The notes under the pieces are model-generated. The model did not search any database. It was not told the DNA's origin and saw only the letters and a list, made by a program, of their open reading frames with translations. The translations under genes were made by a program, and so were the position numbers. Of a stretch of DNA of 62,696 bases, positions 10,401 to 19,823 are shown piece after piece; within the stretch, counting starts at the first letter, position 1, and every line of letters begins with the position of its first letter. This DNA comes from an uncultured Bacilli bacterium (GTDB lineage: Bacteria > Bacillota_I > Bacilli_A > RF39 > UBA660), in NCBI GenBank assembly GCA_934153655.1, contig CAKPFH010000001.1, forward strand, positions 1-62,696. Direction: 5' to 3'.

Positions 10401-12514
10401 GGATTATAGTTAATGTTACCTGATCCATTATTAATACTAATATTACTTGGAGTAATTGTTCCAGTGGTTGTTACATTTGAAGTTGAAGGTGTTAAAGTAA
10501 TGCTTGTTGCTGTATCTCCACTTACTAAATTACTAACTGTTATATAACCTACTCCTGTTGCTATACTACTACCATAAGTAATGGTTTGATTATTAGCTTT
10601 AACTGTAATACTTCGTTTATTAATAGTAAAGTTTTTAGTTGTACTACTTTTATAGTTACCTTTACCTGTTATAGTAACTGTTGCAGTTCCTGCATTTATA
10701 TTATTAGAATAACTTAAAGTATAATCTGTATTTAAAGTTAAAGTTTTAGACCCATCCTTAATAGTTACATTTGGTTTCTTTTCAGTTTTATCATAAGTAT
10801 AAGAAGTATTATCTAAACTAATTGTTAAAGAACCAATGGTTTTAGAAATTATACTAAAGTTTGTACTACCACTAAAAGTTAAATTATAATTATTTGCTAA
10901 GAAAGTTCCATTATTAGCTAAAGCAAGGGTTCCTTTATTAATTGGATATGAACCAATATTTTCTCCTGCTGTTCTTTGAAGAGTTCCTGTGAACTTAGGA
11001 GTTTCCCCTGATATATTTCCGGAATAATTATAAGTTAAAGTAGGATCTGATGCTCCATATATTTTACTTTGATTACTTTTAGCTGTTACAGTTAAAACTT
11101 TCTTGTTAATTGAACAACTTAAATATTTAGTTGTTGTATTATCAGAAAAAGCATAATTGGAATTAGCAACATACATTACCATATAAGCTTTAGCATCCTT
11201 ACCTTCATTATTTTTAATAGTTACATTATTTCCACCTTTTGCAAGAACTTGGGTTGCTCCATTATAAGTTAAACTGTTACAAATTCCAAGAGTTGCTGTT
11301 GTTTGTCTATTAATTGTACAAGTAAATTTTACATCTTCTGTACTATTATCATTCCATTTATAATTATCATTTAATCTAGCAGATACTTCATAACTACCTG
11401 CATTTGTTCCTTTATTATTAATAAATGTATAACCAGTTCCTGCACTTTTTGTTAATACTTGTTCCACTCCATTATAAGTTAAACTATTACAATAAGTACT
11501 ATCTGGTTTATTAACCTTATTGTATACTTCAAATACAACTTTTCTTGTACTAGTATTACCTGCAAAGTCCTCTATTTCTATAATTAAATTAGTTAAGCCA
11601 AGACTTAGAGTTTTATTTATTTCAAAACTTGTATTAGTACTTTCAATATTAACATATTTCTTGGTATCTCCTTTTTCAAAGGAATATCTAATACTTTTAA
11701 CACCACTTTCTAAGTCTTTTATATCATTTACTTTTACATTTACATCAACACTACTACTAGTTATTTCTTTAGATACTTTATCTTGAACAACACCATTATT
11801 TTCTAAAATAATAAAATCAGGATTGTTTCTATCTACTTTTATATTAATATATTCTGTTTTAGTTTCTTGATTATTAGTTATACCATAGTATTTATAATTA
11901 CCACTTTCTAAAACATTAACACTACAAGTTCTAAGACCACTATCATTCATATTACAACTATAAGTTTTATCATCACTTTTAATTTCAACTTTAGATACAT
12001 CATTTAAAGTAGTAAAAGTTAATTTTACATATTTATTTACCCATTCCCCTTCTCGATAAATAGTTCCTGTATCATTTTTAGTAGGTACCATCTTTAAAGA
12101 ATAATCAACTTCTCCACTACATTCTCTTGAGGTAGTTTTATAATTATCTTGACTACAAATAAGACATACATAATAATTAGTTTTATCATAACTATTTTTA
12201 TAAGCTGCTAAATAACTGGTTTCTAAATCACATGTATTTCCTCTTTTATCTAAAACATTTGTTGTATACTTTAAGTCAATTACATCTTTTAATGATACTT
12301 TTTTTACATCTCCATACATCTGAGGTCTATCACTTGTATATGCAAAATACTCTCCACCTGTTACTAACAAAGATTCTTCTAAGCTTTTATAATAAGTAGT
12401 TCTTATATGTTTACTTATTCCAACATAAGCAGCACTAACAATACCAAGTATTATTGCTAATACGGCTATAGTTGATAATAATTCTACTAAAGTAAATCCT
12501 TTTTTATTTTTCAT
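7478..12514 (-). CDS. Giant (1678 aa) prepilin-type N-terminal cleavage/methylation domain protein; modular pilin-like adhesin
   Basis: The N-terminus is MKNKKG|FTLVELLSTIAVLAIILGIV (class III signal peptide: Gly-1, Phe+1, Glu+5). It carries MBG-like (KIYGASDPTLTYNYSG...NYNLTF) and ...TYDKTEKKPNVTIKDG..LTLNTDYTLSYSNNINAGTATVTITGKGNY repeats, and an SH3b-like segment (LKLRSGPGTDYPQLASIGKGDLVYI...WYPVVYGSKIGWAAG). The last 93 aa contain 9 Cys. Confidence 0.85.
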   Translation of the reverse strand: MKNKKGFTLVELLSTIAVLAIILGIVSAAYVGISKHIRTTYYKSLEESLLVTGGEYFAYTSDRPQMYGDVKKVSLKDVIDLKYTTNVLDKRGNTCDLETSYLAAYKNSYDKTNYYVCLICSQDNYKTTSRECSGEVDYSLKMVPTKNDTGTIYREGEWVNKYVKLTFTTLNDVSKVEIKSDDKTYSCNMNDSGLRTCSVNVLESGNYKYYGITNNQETKTEYINIKVDRNNPDFIILENNGVVQDKVSKEITSSSVDVNVKVNDIKDLESGVKSIRYSFEKGDTKKYVNIESTNTSFEINKTLSLGLTNLIIEIEDFAGNTSTRKVVFEVYNKVNKPDSTYCNSLTYNGVEQVLTKSAGTGYTFINNKGTNAGSYEVSARLNDNYKWNDNSTEDVKFTCTINRQTTATLGICNSLTYNGATQVLAKGGNNVTIKNNEGKDAKAYMVMYVANSNYAFSDNTTTKYLSCSINKKVLTVTAKSNQSKIYGASDPTLTYNYSGNISGETPKFTGTLQRTAGENIGSYPINKGTLALANNGTFLANNYNLTFSGSTNFSIISKTIGSLTISLDNTSYTYDKTEKKPNVTIKDGSKTLTLNTDYTLSYSNNINAGTATVTITGKGNYKSSTTKNFTINKRSITVKANNQTITYGSSIATGVGYITVSNLVSGDTATSITLTPSTSNVTTTGTITPSNISINNGSGNINYNPTYQKGTLVINRLATATLGTCNSLTYNGATQVLAKGGNNVTIKNNEGKDAKAYMVMYVANSNYAFSDNTTTKYLSCSINKKVLTVTAKSNQSKIYGASDPTLTYNYSGNISGETPKFTGTLQRTAGENIGSYPINKGTLALANNGTFLANNYNLTFSGSTNFSIISKTIGSLTISLDNTSYTYDKTEKKPNVTIKDGSKTLTLNTDYTLSYSNNINAGTATVTITGKGNYKSSTTKNFTINKRSITVKANNQTITYGSSIATGVGYITVSNLVSGDTATSITLTPSTSNVTTTGTITPSNISINNGSGNINYNPTYQKGTLVINSVEVCANIYINGASKIGSKTTDTKECCNSTNGSSCNITLPTITPKSGFTALGYSDDGDSLTSANYSANQSVTIYKPTGDAELPSYYAITRSISQNTYYATFNLNGATSTSSNKLSCTAGYAYNGDELPDECSITLPTITRSGWTIIGWSENSSSHTATYSQGQKITLHDDIDLFAITSKNVTLKYNTNSSTTVTTDNLTSKTETKTIYNTDGAMFNIPTYANGKVCRNNGGDKYHGYQLLGLSSNQSGNNVEFCFGDQIYLENDKTLFLVWQDKYATAVGNVGNNLKLRSGPGTDYPQLASIGKGDLVYIQSSKYTWRDGHTWYPVVYGSKIGWAAGNRKNNSTLSNLTLKSTPNADSCGYTYSCTSNNKLLSITPSDVVLNITSNTSKRKMQQNLSIANQCGSMTDAISSNSSLVTATKGGVISAVSGSVPVNQTKSATVTFKTKYGCTETVNVLVKNTEATAPDITISVNGDSSTCSGSYIKGATATVTCRSDLPITSYSAKIGSTSYAPSTSGNTYTSTINLSSTGSKTINVTCANAEGSSTQSKTVSVKVRNASSSCGCSVRYSASTAGSTCSRCTSWSKHSTGIQSASAIGAYKNYCTYSGGVGAFIKVTYTNWRGGANTAYVADMTIYKCTSFACKTYKTCCHT
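9432..11309. repeat. Tandem duplication, 2 x 939 bp (313 codons), inside the giant pilin gene
   Basis: Copy 9432-10370 and copy 10371-11309 are identical by eye over the first ~785 bp. They then diverge at scattered positions over the last ~150 bp. Confidence 0.95.
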
Positions 12515-12522
12515 AATCTCTC

Positions 12523-12882
12523 CTATACTTCTTTACAACTACTTGGAATATTTATATTTAAATCTTTATAAAGTTCTTTTGAACTTTGATCTTTGCAACT
12601 TAAATAGGCTTCCATTGTATTTATTTTAACATAACCATTACAAGTTATCTTATTATTTATTTTAGTAATACCAAGTTCACTTAAACAAATATATTCTTTT
12701 TTAGTATAATTAGGCATAGTCTTAACATATTTTATCATCATATCTTTATAAGTATTAAATTGTTTATTTTGATTAGAAGTATAAATATTTTTAACACTTG
12801 GAAATATTAATAACATTATTAAAGACATTAAAACAATAACAGCAAGTAATTCAACTAAAGTAAAGCCTTTATTTTTTATCAT
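12523..12882 (-). CDS. Type IV pilin/pseudopilin-like protein
   Basis: MIKNKG|FTLVELLAVIVLMSLIMLLIF prepilin motif. The start was refined to the ATG at 12882 with a GGTGA RBS; the track start at 12891 is a GTG inside the RBS. Confidence 0.8.
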   Translation of the reverse strand: MIKNKGFTLVELLAVIVLMSLIMLLIFPSVKNIYTSNQNKQFNTYKDMMIKYVKTMPNYTKKEYICLSELGITKINNKITCNGYVKINTMEAYLSCKDQSSKELYKDLNINIPSSCKEV

Positions 12883-12957
12883 TCTTATCACCTTTTATTT
12901 TACTATTTTAGTATATCAAAAAAAGTAAAAAAAAAATAGATATTTTCATAATATTAT

Positions 12958-13566
12958 CTATTTTTCTTCTAATTTTACTCTTTTAGAAAATTTACAACCA
13001 CAATAATCTTGTCTATATAAATTATATTCATGTGATAAAACTATACTTCTTTTATATCCTTCTTTTTTCTTAAAATCAGAGTATAAATAATTAACATGGT
13101 AAATGTTTTCTAACTCTGCTCCTATTTCATTTATTATTTTACTATTTTTTAAAGGACTAATAGTAAGAGTTGTTGTTACAAAGTCAAAGTTATGTTTTTT
13201 AGCATAGATAAAAGATTTTTCAAGTCTTAATCTATAACATTTAAAACAACGACTTCCTCCTTCTTTTTCATTTTCAAGTCCTGAAACTATATTTAAATAG
13301 TCTTGATTATTATAACCAAGGGAAACTACTTTAACTTGATTTTTAGTTTTAAAACAATTAACAAATTTTAATAATTCTTGAAGTCTTTTATTATATTCTT
13401 CAAGGGTATCAATATTGGGATTATAGAAAAGAATTGTTATATCAAAGTAATCACTTAAATATTCAATAACATAACTAGAACAAGGAGCACAACAGGCATG
13501 TAAAAGTAAAGTTTTTTTACTACTTAAATTTTTTAAAGTATTTTCTAAAACAATTTGATAATTCAT
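12958..13566 (-). CDS. queH: Epoxyqueuosine reductase QueH (DUF208)
   Basis: LLLHACCAPCSSY..., CFKCY and DYCGC cysteine motifs; 202 aa. Confidence 0.85.
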   Translation of the reverse strand: MNYQIVLENTLKNLSSKKTLLLHACCAPCSSYVIEYLSDYFDITILFYNPNIDTLEEYNKRLQELLKFVNCFKTKNQVKVVSLGYNNQDYLNIVSGLENEKEGGSRCFKCYRLRLEKSFIYAKKHNFDFVTTTLTISPLKNSKIINEIGAELENIYHVNYLYSDFKKKEGYKRSIVLSHEYNLYRQDYCGCKFSKRVKLEEK

Positions 13567-14285
13567 TAGATATCTAGATTATGATAAACACTTGATACAT
13601 CATCAATATCTTCTAAAGCTTCAATTAGACCCATTACTTTTTCTGTATCTTCTTCATTTAAAGCAATTTTATTTGAAGCAACATAAGTTACTTCACTTCT
13701 TAAAAAGTCTTTTATACCACTTTCTTCAAAAGCTGCTTTAACAGTTAAAAAGTTTTCTGGTTCTGTATAAATAGTATAGGTATCATCACAATCAATTACA
13801 TCTAAACTATCAGCTGTAATTGCAATATCCATAACTTCATCAAAGTTATCATTAGCTTCTATTTCAATTACTCCAAGTCTTTTAAATAGATAACTAACTG
13901 AACCATCTGTTCCTAAGTTTCCACCACGTTTAGTAAGAGTTGATCTAACAAGCATAGCTGTTCTATTTTTATTATCAGTTAAGCAATCAATCATAATTGC
14001 TATTCCATGAGGTGCATATCCTTCATATCTAATACTTTCAAAATTAACATCACTATTAGCTCCTACAGCTTTATCAATAGCCTTTTGAATATTATCTTTT
14101 GGCATATTGTTGCTTCTAGCTTTTTCAATAACCATTCTAAGACCAGGATTAGTATCTGGATCTCCATTAGTACCCTTTGCTGCTACTTGAATTTCTTTAG
14201 ATATTTTTTGAAATATTTTTCCCCTTTCAGCATCTATTAAACCTTTTTTACGATGAATTGTTGCCCATTTAGAATGTCCACTCAT
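13566..14285 (-). CDS. yebC: YebC/PmpR family DNA-binding transcriptional regulator
   Basis: MSGHSKWATIHRKKG... signature. The ATG at 14285 is preceded by AGGAGG, and the track start is a TTG within the RBS region. Confidence 0.93.
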   Translation of the reverse strand: MSGHSKWATIHRKKGLIDAERGKIFQKISKEIQVAAKGTNGDPDTNPGLRMVIEKARSNNMPKDNIQKAIDKAVGANSDVNFESIRYEGYAPHGIAIMIDCLTDNKNRTAMLVRSTLTKRGGNLGTDGSVSYLFKRLGVIEIEANDNFDEVMDIAITADSLDVIDCDDTYTIYTEPENFLTVKAAFEESGIKDFLRSEVTYVASNKIALNEEDTEKVMGLIEALEDIDDVSSVYHNLDI

Positions 14286-14334
14286 AAATCCTCCTTTCAA
14301 ACTTCTTTATTTTAACAAATTTTTTCGTATTAGT

Positions 14335-15564
14335 CTAGTTATTTTTTAACTCTTCTTCTATACGCATTAATTGATTATATTTACAAATTCTATCTGTTCT
14401 TGACATAGAACCAGTTTTAATTTGACCAAGATTCAAGCCAACGGCTAAATCAGCAATAGTAGTATCTTCAGTTTCTCCACTTCTATGAGAAATTACGGTT
14501 TTATAATTATTCTTTTTAGCAAGTTCAATTGTTTTTAAAGTTTCCGTGATTGTTCCTATTTGATTAACTTTTAATAAAATTGCATTTCCAGCATGGTTAT
14601 CAATTCCTTTTTGTAAATATTCGATATTAGTTACAAATAAATCATCACCTACTAATTGAATTTTATCTCCTAGTCTTTCAGTTACTAATCTAAATCCTTC
14701 CCAATCATTTTCGTCTACTGGATCTTCAATTGAAATAATTGGATAAATCTTAATTAATTCTTCATAGTAATCTATTAATTCTTTAGTTGTTAATTTCTTA
14801 TTTTCACCTTTTAAATAATAGATACCGTCTTCATATAATTCACTAGCAGCAACATCAATTGCCATATTAACATCAACTCCTGGAGTGTACCCGGCAAGTT
14901 TAATTGCTTCCATGATAAGTTCAAAACCTTCTTTATTAGTTTTTAAGTTAGGAGCAAACCCTCCTTCATCTCCAACACTAGTAACATAGCCTTTATCTTT
15001 TAAAACTTTCTTTAAATTATGAAATACTTCAGATCCTATTCTTACTCTTTCTTTTATAGTATCAGCAGTTGGAATAATCATATATTCTTGAAAATCTAAG
15101 TTGTTATCAGCATGAGCTCCTCCATTTATAATATTCATCATAGGACGTGGCATTATAGTACCAGACCCAACATATTTATAAAGAGGCATTTTTTTCTCAT
15201 TGGCAGCTGCTTTTAAACAAGCCATCGAAACACCCAAAATAGCATTAGCACCTAAATTAGATTTTGTTTTAGTTCCATCAAGTTCAATCATCATATTATC
15301 TATTTTTTCTTGATCAAAAACATCCATTCCAACAACTAAATTTTTAAGTTCATTATTAACATGACTAACAGCTTTTAAAACACCTTTTCCAAGATAACGA
15401 CTACCCCCATCACGAAGTTCTAAAGCTTCTCTTTCCCCAGTTGAGGCTCCACTAGGAACACAGGCTCTACCTATTACCCCACTTTCAAGAATTACATCAA
15501 CTTCAACTGTTGGATTTCCTCTTGAATCTAATATTTCTCTTCCTATTACATTTTTAATTTTCAT
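14335..15564 (-). CDS. eno: Enolase (phosphopyruvate hydratase)
   Basis: [18 protein letters not shown]..., [17 protein letters not shown] and [12 protein letters not shown] motifs. At 409 aa it is slightly shorter at the C-terminus than typical enolases. Confidence 0.97.
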   Translation of the reverse strand: MKIKNVIGREILDSRGNPTVEVDVILESGVIGRACVPSGASTGEREALELRDGGSRYLGKGVLKAVSHVNNELKNLVVGMDVFDQEKIDNMMIELDGTKTKSNLGANAILGVSMACLKAAANEKKMPLYKYVGSGTIMPRPMMNIINGGAHADNNLDFQEYMIIPTADTIKERVRIGSEVFHNLKKVLKDKGYVTSVGDEGGFAPNLKTNKEGFELIMEAIKLAGYTPGVDVNMAIDVAASELYEDGIYYLKGENKKLTTKELIDYYEELIKIYPIISIEDPVDENDWEGFRLVTERLGDKIQLVGDDLFVTNIEYLQKGIDNHAGNAILLKVNQIGTITETLKTIELAKKNNYKTVISHRSGETEDTTIADLAVGLNLGQIKTGSMSRTDRICKYNQLMRIEEELKNN

Positions 15565-15596
15565 AAGTTCTCCTTTTAATTTATTTTTTTATATTT

Positions 15597-15842
15597 TTAT
15601 TTTTTATTTTTACTTGCAACTTCTTGTAATTCAAAACGATATTTTTGTTTAACATCTGGGTATTTTTCTTTATCTACTAAACTTAAAAACATTTCAAGTG
15701 GTCTTACATATAAAGACCCATCTCCATACAAACATCTATATAAAACCATCTCTTCCTGAGTTTCACTATTAATACATGTATCAACTACTAAATAATAATC
15801 TCCTTTAAAATGTTTATAAATTCGATTTTTTAATAATTTCAT
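15597..15842 (-). CDS. DUF1653 domain protein
   Basis: [12 protein letters not shown]...[21 protein letters not shown] pattern. It has a 4-nt overlap with the murD stop. Confidence 0.65.
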   Translation of the reverse strand: MKLLKNRIYKHFKGDYYLVVDTCINSETQEEMVLYRCLYGDGSLYVRPLEMFLSLVDKEKYPDVKQKYRFELQEVASKNKK

Positions 15843-17170
15843 TTTAATTCCTCAACTAATTTTTTAAACTCTGCTCCTCTTTCTTCACATTCTTTATATT
15901 GATCCCAAGAAGCCGAAGCTGGACTTAATAAGATAACATCTCCACTTGCAGAACTATTATAAGCATCAAAAAATGCATCTTTTAAATGTTCATGAATAAT
16001 TGTTTTAATACCTAAACTATTTCCAAATTCTAATACTCTGTTACGACACTGTCCTATTCCAAGAATTAATTTAACATTTTTCATAAATGGTTTTAACTCA
16101 TTAAAATCTTGTCCTCGTTCAAGACCTCCTAAAAAGATAATGGTTGGTTCTGTGAAAGCATTTAAAGCAATTTGCGTACATTTAATATTAGTTGCCTCTG
16201 TATCATTATAAAATTTACGATTATTAATAACATCAACAAGTTCTAAACGATGTTCTACACCTCTAAAACTTTCTAAAACTTTACAAATAGTTGCATTTTT
16301 AACTCCAAGTTCTTTACAAATTATAATTGATCCTAAAGCATTACTAACATTATGATCTCCTTTTAAAAACATTTTATCTCTTGCCATAATAACTTCATCT
16401 TGATACATTAAATTAGAATCTAAATAACTTGCATCTGCTTTTTCTTTTACAGAAAAATACATCTTTTTAGCCTTTAAATTACTAGTTTTTTTCATACTAT
16501 CATAATTATCTAAATTAAGAATTGCTAAGTCATTACTTGTTTGATTTTTAAATAATTTTAATTTAACTTCTTGATAAGTTTCATAATCACCAAAGAAATC
16601 AATATGAGCTGGACTTAAATTGGTAAGAAGAGCTATATCAGGCTTGAAGGTATCTAAATTAGCAAGTTGTTGACAAGATACTTCCATAACTAAAATATCA
16701 TCATCTTTTAAAGTATCAACAACACTTGTTAAAGGATAACCAATATTACCTGCAAGTTTTACTCTTGATCCATATTCTTCTTTTAAAATATTATAAGTAA
16801 GAGTTGTAGTTGTTGTTTTACCATTTGTTCCTGTAATAGCAATTAATTTTACTTTTGGTAATAAGTGATATGCAAATTCTACTTCATTTATAACTGGTAT
16901 ATTTAATTTTTTAGCAAGTATTACATATTTATGATCATTTCTAATACCAGGATTTTTAATAACATAATCAAAAGAACTATCAAGTAAATCATCAGGATGA
17001 CTTCCCAATATACATTTAACTCCTTTTTCTTTTAACTTAGCAATTTCTAAATTATCAGTTTCTTTCATATCATTTAATATTACTTCATTATTTAATTCAA
17101 TTAATTTAGAAGCACAGGAAATACCACTTCTAGCAGCACCTAATACTAATATTTTTTTATTTTGAAACAT
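15839..17170 (-). CDS. murD: UDP-N-acetylmuramoylalanine--D-glutamate ligase
   Basis: N-terminal Rossmann motif ([10 protein letters not shown]), a Mur ligase P-loop ([13 protein letters not shown]) and a C-terminal [12 protein letters not shown] motif. The ATG at 17170 is preceded by GGAGG. Confidence 0.93.
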   Translation of the reverse strand: MFQNKKILVLGAARSGISCASKLIELNNEVILNDMKETDNLEIAKLKEKGVKCILGSHPDDLLDSSFDYVIKNPGIRNDHKYVILAKKLNIPVINEVEFAYHLLPKVKLIAITGTNGKTTTTTLTYNILKEEYGSRVKLAGNIGYPLTSVVDTLKDDDILVMEVSCQQLANLDTFKPDIALLTNLSPAHIDFFGDYETYQEVKLKLFKNQTSNDLAILNLDNYDSMKKTSNLKAKKMYFSVKEKADASYLDSNLMYQDEVIMARDKMFLKGDHNVSNALGSIIICKELGVKNATICKVLESFRGVEHRLELVDVINNRKFYNDTEATNIKCTQIALNAFTEPTIIFLGGLERGQDFNELKPFMKNVKLILGIGQCRNRVLEFGNSLGIKTIIHEHLKDAFFDAYNSSASGDVILLSPASASWDQYKECEERGAEFKKLVEELK

Positions 17171-17287
17171 ACTAACCTCCATATAAATTATATTATTTAT
17201 TATTTTAAAAGTAAATGAATTTGACTAATTTTAAATATAAAGTTTGACTAGTTATTTATTTTTACTTATAATTATTTTGGTGATATT

Positions 17288-17860
17288 ATGTTATTTGCAA
17301 GTAATAATTTAAATAAAGTATTAGAAGTTGAAAATATTTTAAATAGAAAAATTTTATCTTTAAAAGATCTTGATTTTAAAATAAATGTTTTAGAAACTGG
17401 GAAAACGTTTAAAGAAAACGCTATTATTAAAGCTAAAGAAATATATGAATTAACTAAATTTCCAACTATTGCTGAAGATAGTGGTTTAGAAATACCTGTT
17501 TTAGATGGTTTTCCTGGTGTTAAAACTAATAGATTTTTAGGTAGTAATAAAACTGATAGTGATAGAAATCAAAAAATTTTAGAAATGATGCAAGATAAAA
17601 ATGATAGGACTTGTTATTTTACTTCTTGTTTTGCTTATTATGATGGAAAGAATTTACAAACTTTTACAAGTTCTCTTAAAGGAACAATAGCTTATGAAGA
17701 ACATATAAATATGGGGTTTGGCTTTGATAGTATTTTTCTTTATAATAATGAATATTTATCCAATATGAGTATTTCTAATAAAAATAAAATTAGTCCAAGA
17801 ACTACATCTTTAAAAAAATTACAAGATTTTTTACAAAAAAATATTGATTTAATAGATTAA
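17288..17860 (+). CDS. rdgB: Non-canonical purine NTP pyrophosphatase (RdgB/HAM1 family)
   Basis: ASNNLNK...E..., EDSGLEIPVLDGFPGV.T.RF and FGFDSIF motifs. Confidence 0.8.
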   Translation: MLFASNNLNKVLEVENILNRKILSLKDLDFKINVLETGKTFKENAIIKAKEIYELTKFPTIAEDSGLEIPVLDGFPGVKTNRFLGSNKTDSDRNQKILEMMQDKNDRTCYFTSCFAYYDGKNLQTFTSSLKGTIAYEEHINMGFGFDSIFLYNNEYLSNMSISNKNKISPRTTSLKKLQDFLQKNIDLID

Positions 17861-17893
17861 TTATGATATTATAAATTAGCAAATGCAAGAAAT

Positions 17894-17970
17894 GGACCCT
17901 TAGCTCAGTTGGTTAGAGCATCCGGCTCATAACCGGGCGGTCATAGGTTCGAGTCCTATAGGGTCCACCA
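17894..17970 (+). tRNA. tRNA with a CAU anticodon, most likely the lysidine-dependent tRNA-Ile2 (alternatively elongator Met)
   Basis: Cloverleaf by eye: acceptor GGACCCU/AGGGUCC, anticodon loop CUCAUAA, T-arm GGUUCGAGUCC, encoded CCA. The 5' GGACC(C/U)UUAGCUCAG resembles bacterial tRNA-Ile(CAU). Confidence 0.85.
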
Positions 17971-17977
17971 TTTTTAT

Positions 17978-18060
17978 GCGGGTATGGCGGAATTGGCAGA
18001 CGCGCTAGTCTTAGGAACTAGTTCTTCGGAGTGCAGGTTCAACTCCTGTTACCCGCACCA
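17978..18060 (+). tRNA. tRNA-Leu (UAG)
   Basis: Acceptor GCGGGUA/UACCCGC, anticodon loop CUUAGGA, long variable arm, T-arm GGUUCAACUCC, encoded CCA. Confidence 0.9.
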
Positions 18061-18074
18061 ATATTTGATATTGA

Positions 18075-18101
18075 ACTCAGACATTAAAGTCTGAGTTTTT
18101 T
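18075..18101 (+). terminator. Intrinsic terminator after the tRNA pair
   Basis: 8-bp stem actcagac/gtctgagt followed by a T-run. Confidence 0.7.
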
Positions 18102-18133
18102 ATATAAAGTCAATCTTAAATGATTGATTTTTT
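18098..18133 (+). repeat. 36-nt terminator-like module, copy A (ttttatataaagtcaatcttaaatgattgatttttt)
   Basis: Identical to 18831-18866. It contains the hairpin agtcaatc/gattgatt plus a T-run. Confidence 0.9.
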
Positions 18134-18266
18134 GTTGTGTGAAAGAAAATGATGATTTAATAGTAAATTGAGCAAAGAAAAAGATGATTTTGAAAGATAA
18201 TATGTAAAATTTGTTTCAACCATCAAAAACTATGATATAATATACAATTAACGAGGGAGTTTTATT

Positions 18267-18668
18267 ATGTTTGGAAAGAAAAAACAGAATGAGAAAAAAG
18301 AGTCACTAAATTTTAAAAGCGATAATTATAAACTTAATGATAATTATGTGACTGATAATTTAGTAGTTGCTAATTTAAAATATATATCAAGTAAACCAAC
18401 ACCATACGGACCAATGGTTAAACAGACAGAACAAAAATATATATTTGAATTATTAAATGAAAATGGAAAAATCAGATATAGAGAAATATTTACTGGATTT
18501 GTAGCCGATGCTGAGGAAAGTCATTATTTTGATTTACCATATGTTGTAAATATTGTATCTTTGAAAGAACAAGTTCCAGATGTTGCTGATAACATTCCAA
18601 AATATGGATTATTATTAGTATTAAATGAGGTTAATACTAAAAAAATATCAAAAACACTAAAAAAATAA
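18267..18668 (+). CDS. Hypothetical protein
   Basis: 133-aa ORF with a GAGGGAG RBS upstream of the ATG. It is followed by a hairpin and the repeated terminator module. No family was recognised. Confidence 0.6.
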   Translation: MFGKKKQNEKKESLNFKSDNYKLNDNYVTDNLVVANLKYISSKPTPYGPMVKQTEQKYIFELLNENGKIRYREIFTGFVADAEESHYFDLPYVVNIVSLKEQVPDVADNIPKYGLLLVLNEVNTKKISKTLKK

Positions 18669-18830
18669 TTATAATTAATTGTGGTAATAAATATTGCTGC
18701 TTTTATTTTATAAAAAAATATGCTATATTATATATAGAATTGGTATTTATTAGTTGTTCTTTATAGATATAAGTGTTCAAAATAGGCTCTTGTATCGCAC
18801 CATATTAAAAGTTAGTTCAATTATTTGAAC

Positions 18831-18866
18831 TTTTATATAAAGTCAATCTTAAATGATTGATTTTTT
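18831..18866 (+). repeat. 36-nt terminator-like module, copy B
   Basis: Identical to 18098-18133 and preceded by its own hairpin agttcaa/ttgaact. Confidence 0.9.
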
Positions 18867-18941
18867 TTAATTTAACTAACAGAATTTGCATTTTTTCAAA
18901 ATATGTTATAATCTAAGTGATTTTTCAAGGGGGAAATAAAA

Positions 18942-19211
18942 ATGGATGACAAATCAAAAATCGAAGAAGAATTGGAAAAAGTTGATTTTTCAATGAAAGT
19001 GTTATATTTAAAATCTATAAACTGGAAAAAAAACAGTGAAACTTATCAACAAATTATGAAAGAGTTAGCCAAAGAATATACACTTTTTCAATACTTTTTA
19101 ACCAAATATAACCAAATATATTATCTTAAATATTCTAATCTAGATAATATTGAAAATATATTAATACGTGCTGGTTATCTTGAATCAAAAGATAAAACTA
19201 AAACTAAATAA
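18942..19211 (+). CDS. Hypothetical protein
   Basis: 89-aa ORF with a GGGGGAAA RBS. No family was recognised. Confidence 0.5.
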   Translation: MDDKSKIEEELEKVDFSMKVLYLKSINWKKNSETYQQIMKELAKEYTLFQYFLTKYNQIYYLKYSNLDNIENILIRAGYLESKDKTKTK

Positions 19212-19236
19212 TACTAAAAAAATAGCAAATTTCATG

Positions 19237-19767
19237 CTATTTTTTTTCTAAGTAATCTTCATTAACACTTTTTTCAATGGCATCCATGGCATCTTTGGTA
19301 TCAACAATTTCTTCCCAATCATCCATGTTTTCATCAACTAATATTTTAACTTTAGTATCTCCTATTAATTCAATTCCAAGTTCACTATCAACTTGATAAT
19401 TAATTTTATTACCATCTATCTTAACATTCGTACAACTTGGATCTTTCAATGCCCTTACAATTACCGAAGCATCTGAATAATCTACTCCTTCTTTTTCACG
19501 AATATTAACATTTTCTTTATAATTAAATGTTTCCTTTACAACATCAGTTTTAGTATCATAGGCATATGAATACCATATATTTATATCATAACTACCGGTA
19601 ATTGTAATTATTGAACCTTCTTTATTACCTTTAAAATTATGATTAATGACCCAACAACCAAGTACATTAGTTGGATTTTCTAAAGTATTTACAAAATGAT
19701 TATGTGTAAATACTTTTTTACCTTTTCCTAAAACAGCTTTTGTAACAATCTCTCTATAATTAGACAT
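19237..19767 (-). CDS. cotE: Spore coat morphogenetic protein CotE
   Basis: Aligns by eye along its length with B. subtilis CotE (MSxYREIxTKAV..KG.K, LG.WxINH, YDINxWYSYA..TKTxVV, acidic C-terminus with DDWEE). Confidence 0.85.
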   Translation of the reverse strand: MSNYREIVTKAVLGKGKKVFTHNHFVNTLENPTNVLGCWVINHNFKGNKEGSIITITGSYDINIWYSYAYDTKTDVVKETFNYKENVNIREKEGVDYSDASVIVRALKDPSCTNVKIDGNKINYQVDSELGIELIGDTKVKILVDENMDDWEEIVDTKDAMDAIEKSVNEDYLEKK

Positions 19768-19823
19768 AAATCCTCCTCATTTTAATTTATGCTAATTATT
19801 TAATATGAATACAATTTTTTTAA

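Noticed and set aside
9432-11309. Large tandem repeat considered as a CRISPR array or mobile element.
   Set aside because: There are only two units of 939 bp, in frame inside a CDS, with no short repeat-spacer periodicity. No CRISPR array was seen anywhere in the window.
8530-11786. Plus-strand ORFs 8530-8769 and 11520-11786 inside the giant pilin gene.
   Set aside because: They are antisense shadows of a long, well-supported minus-strand CDS. Their composition is hydrophobic and low-complexity, and they have no RBS.
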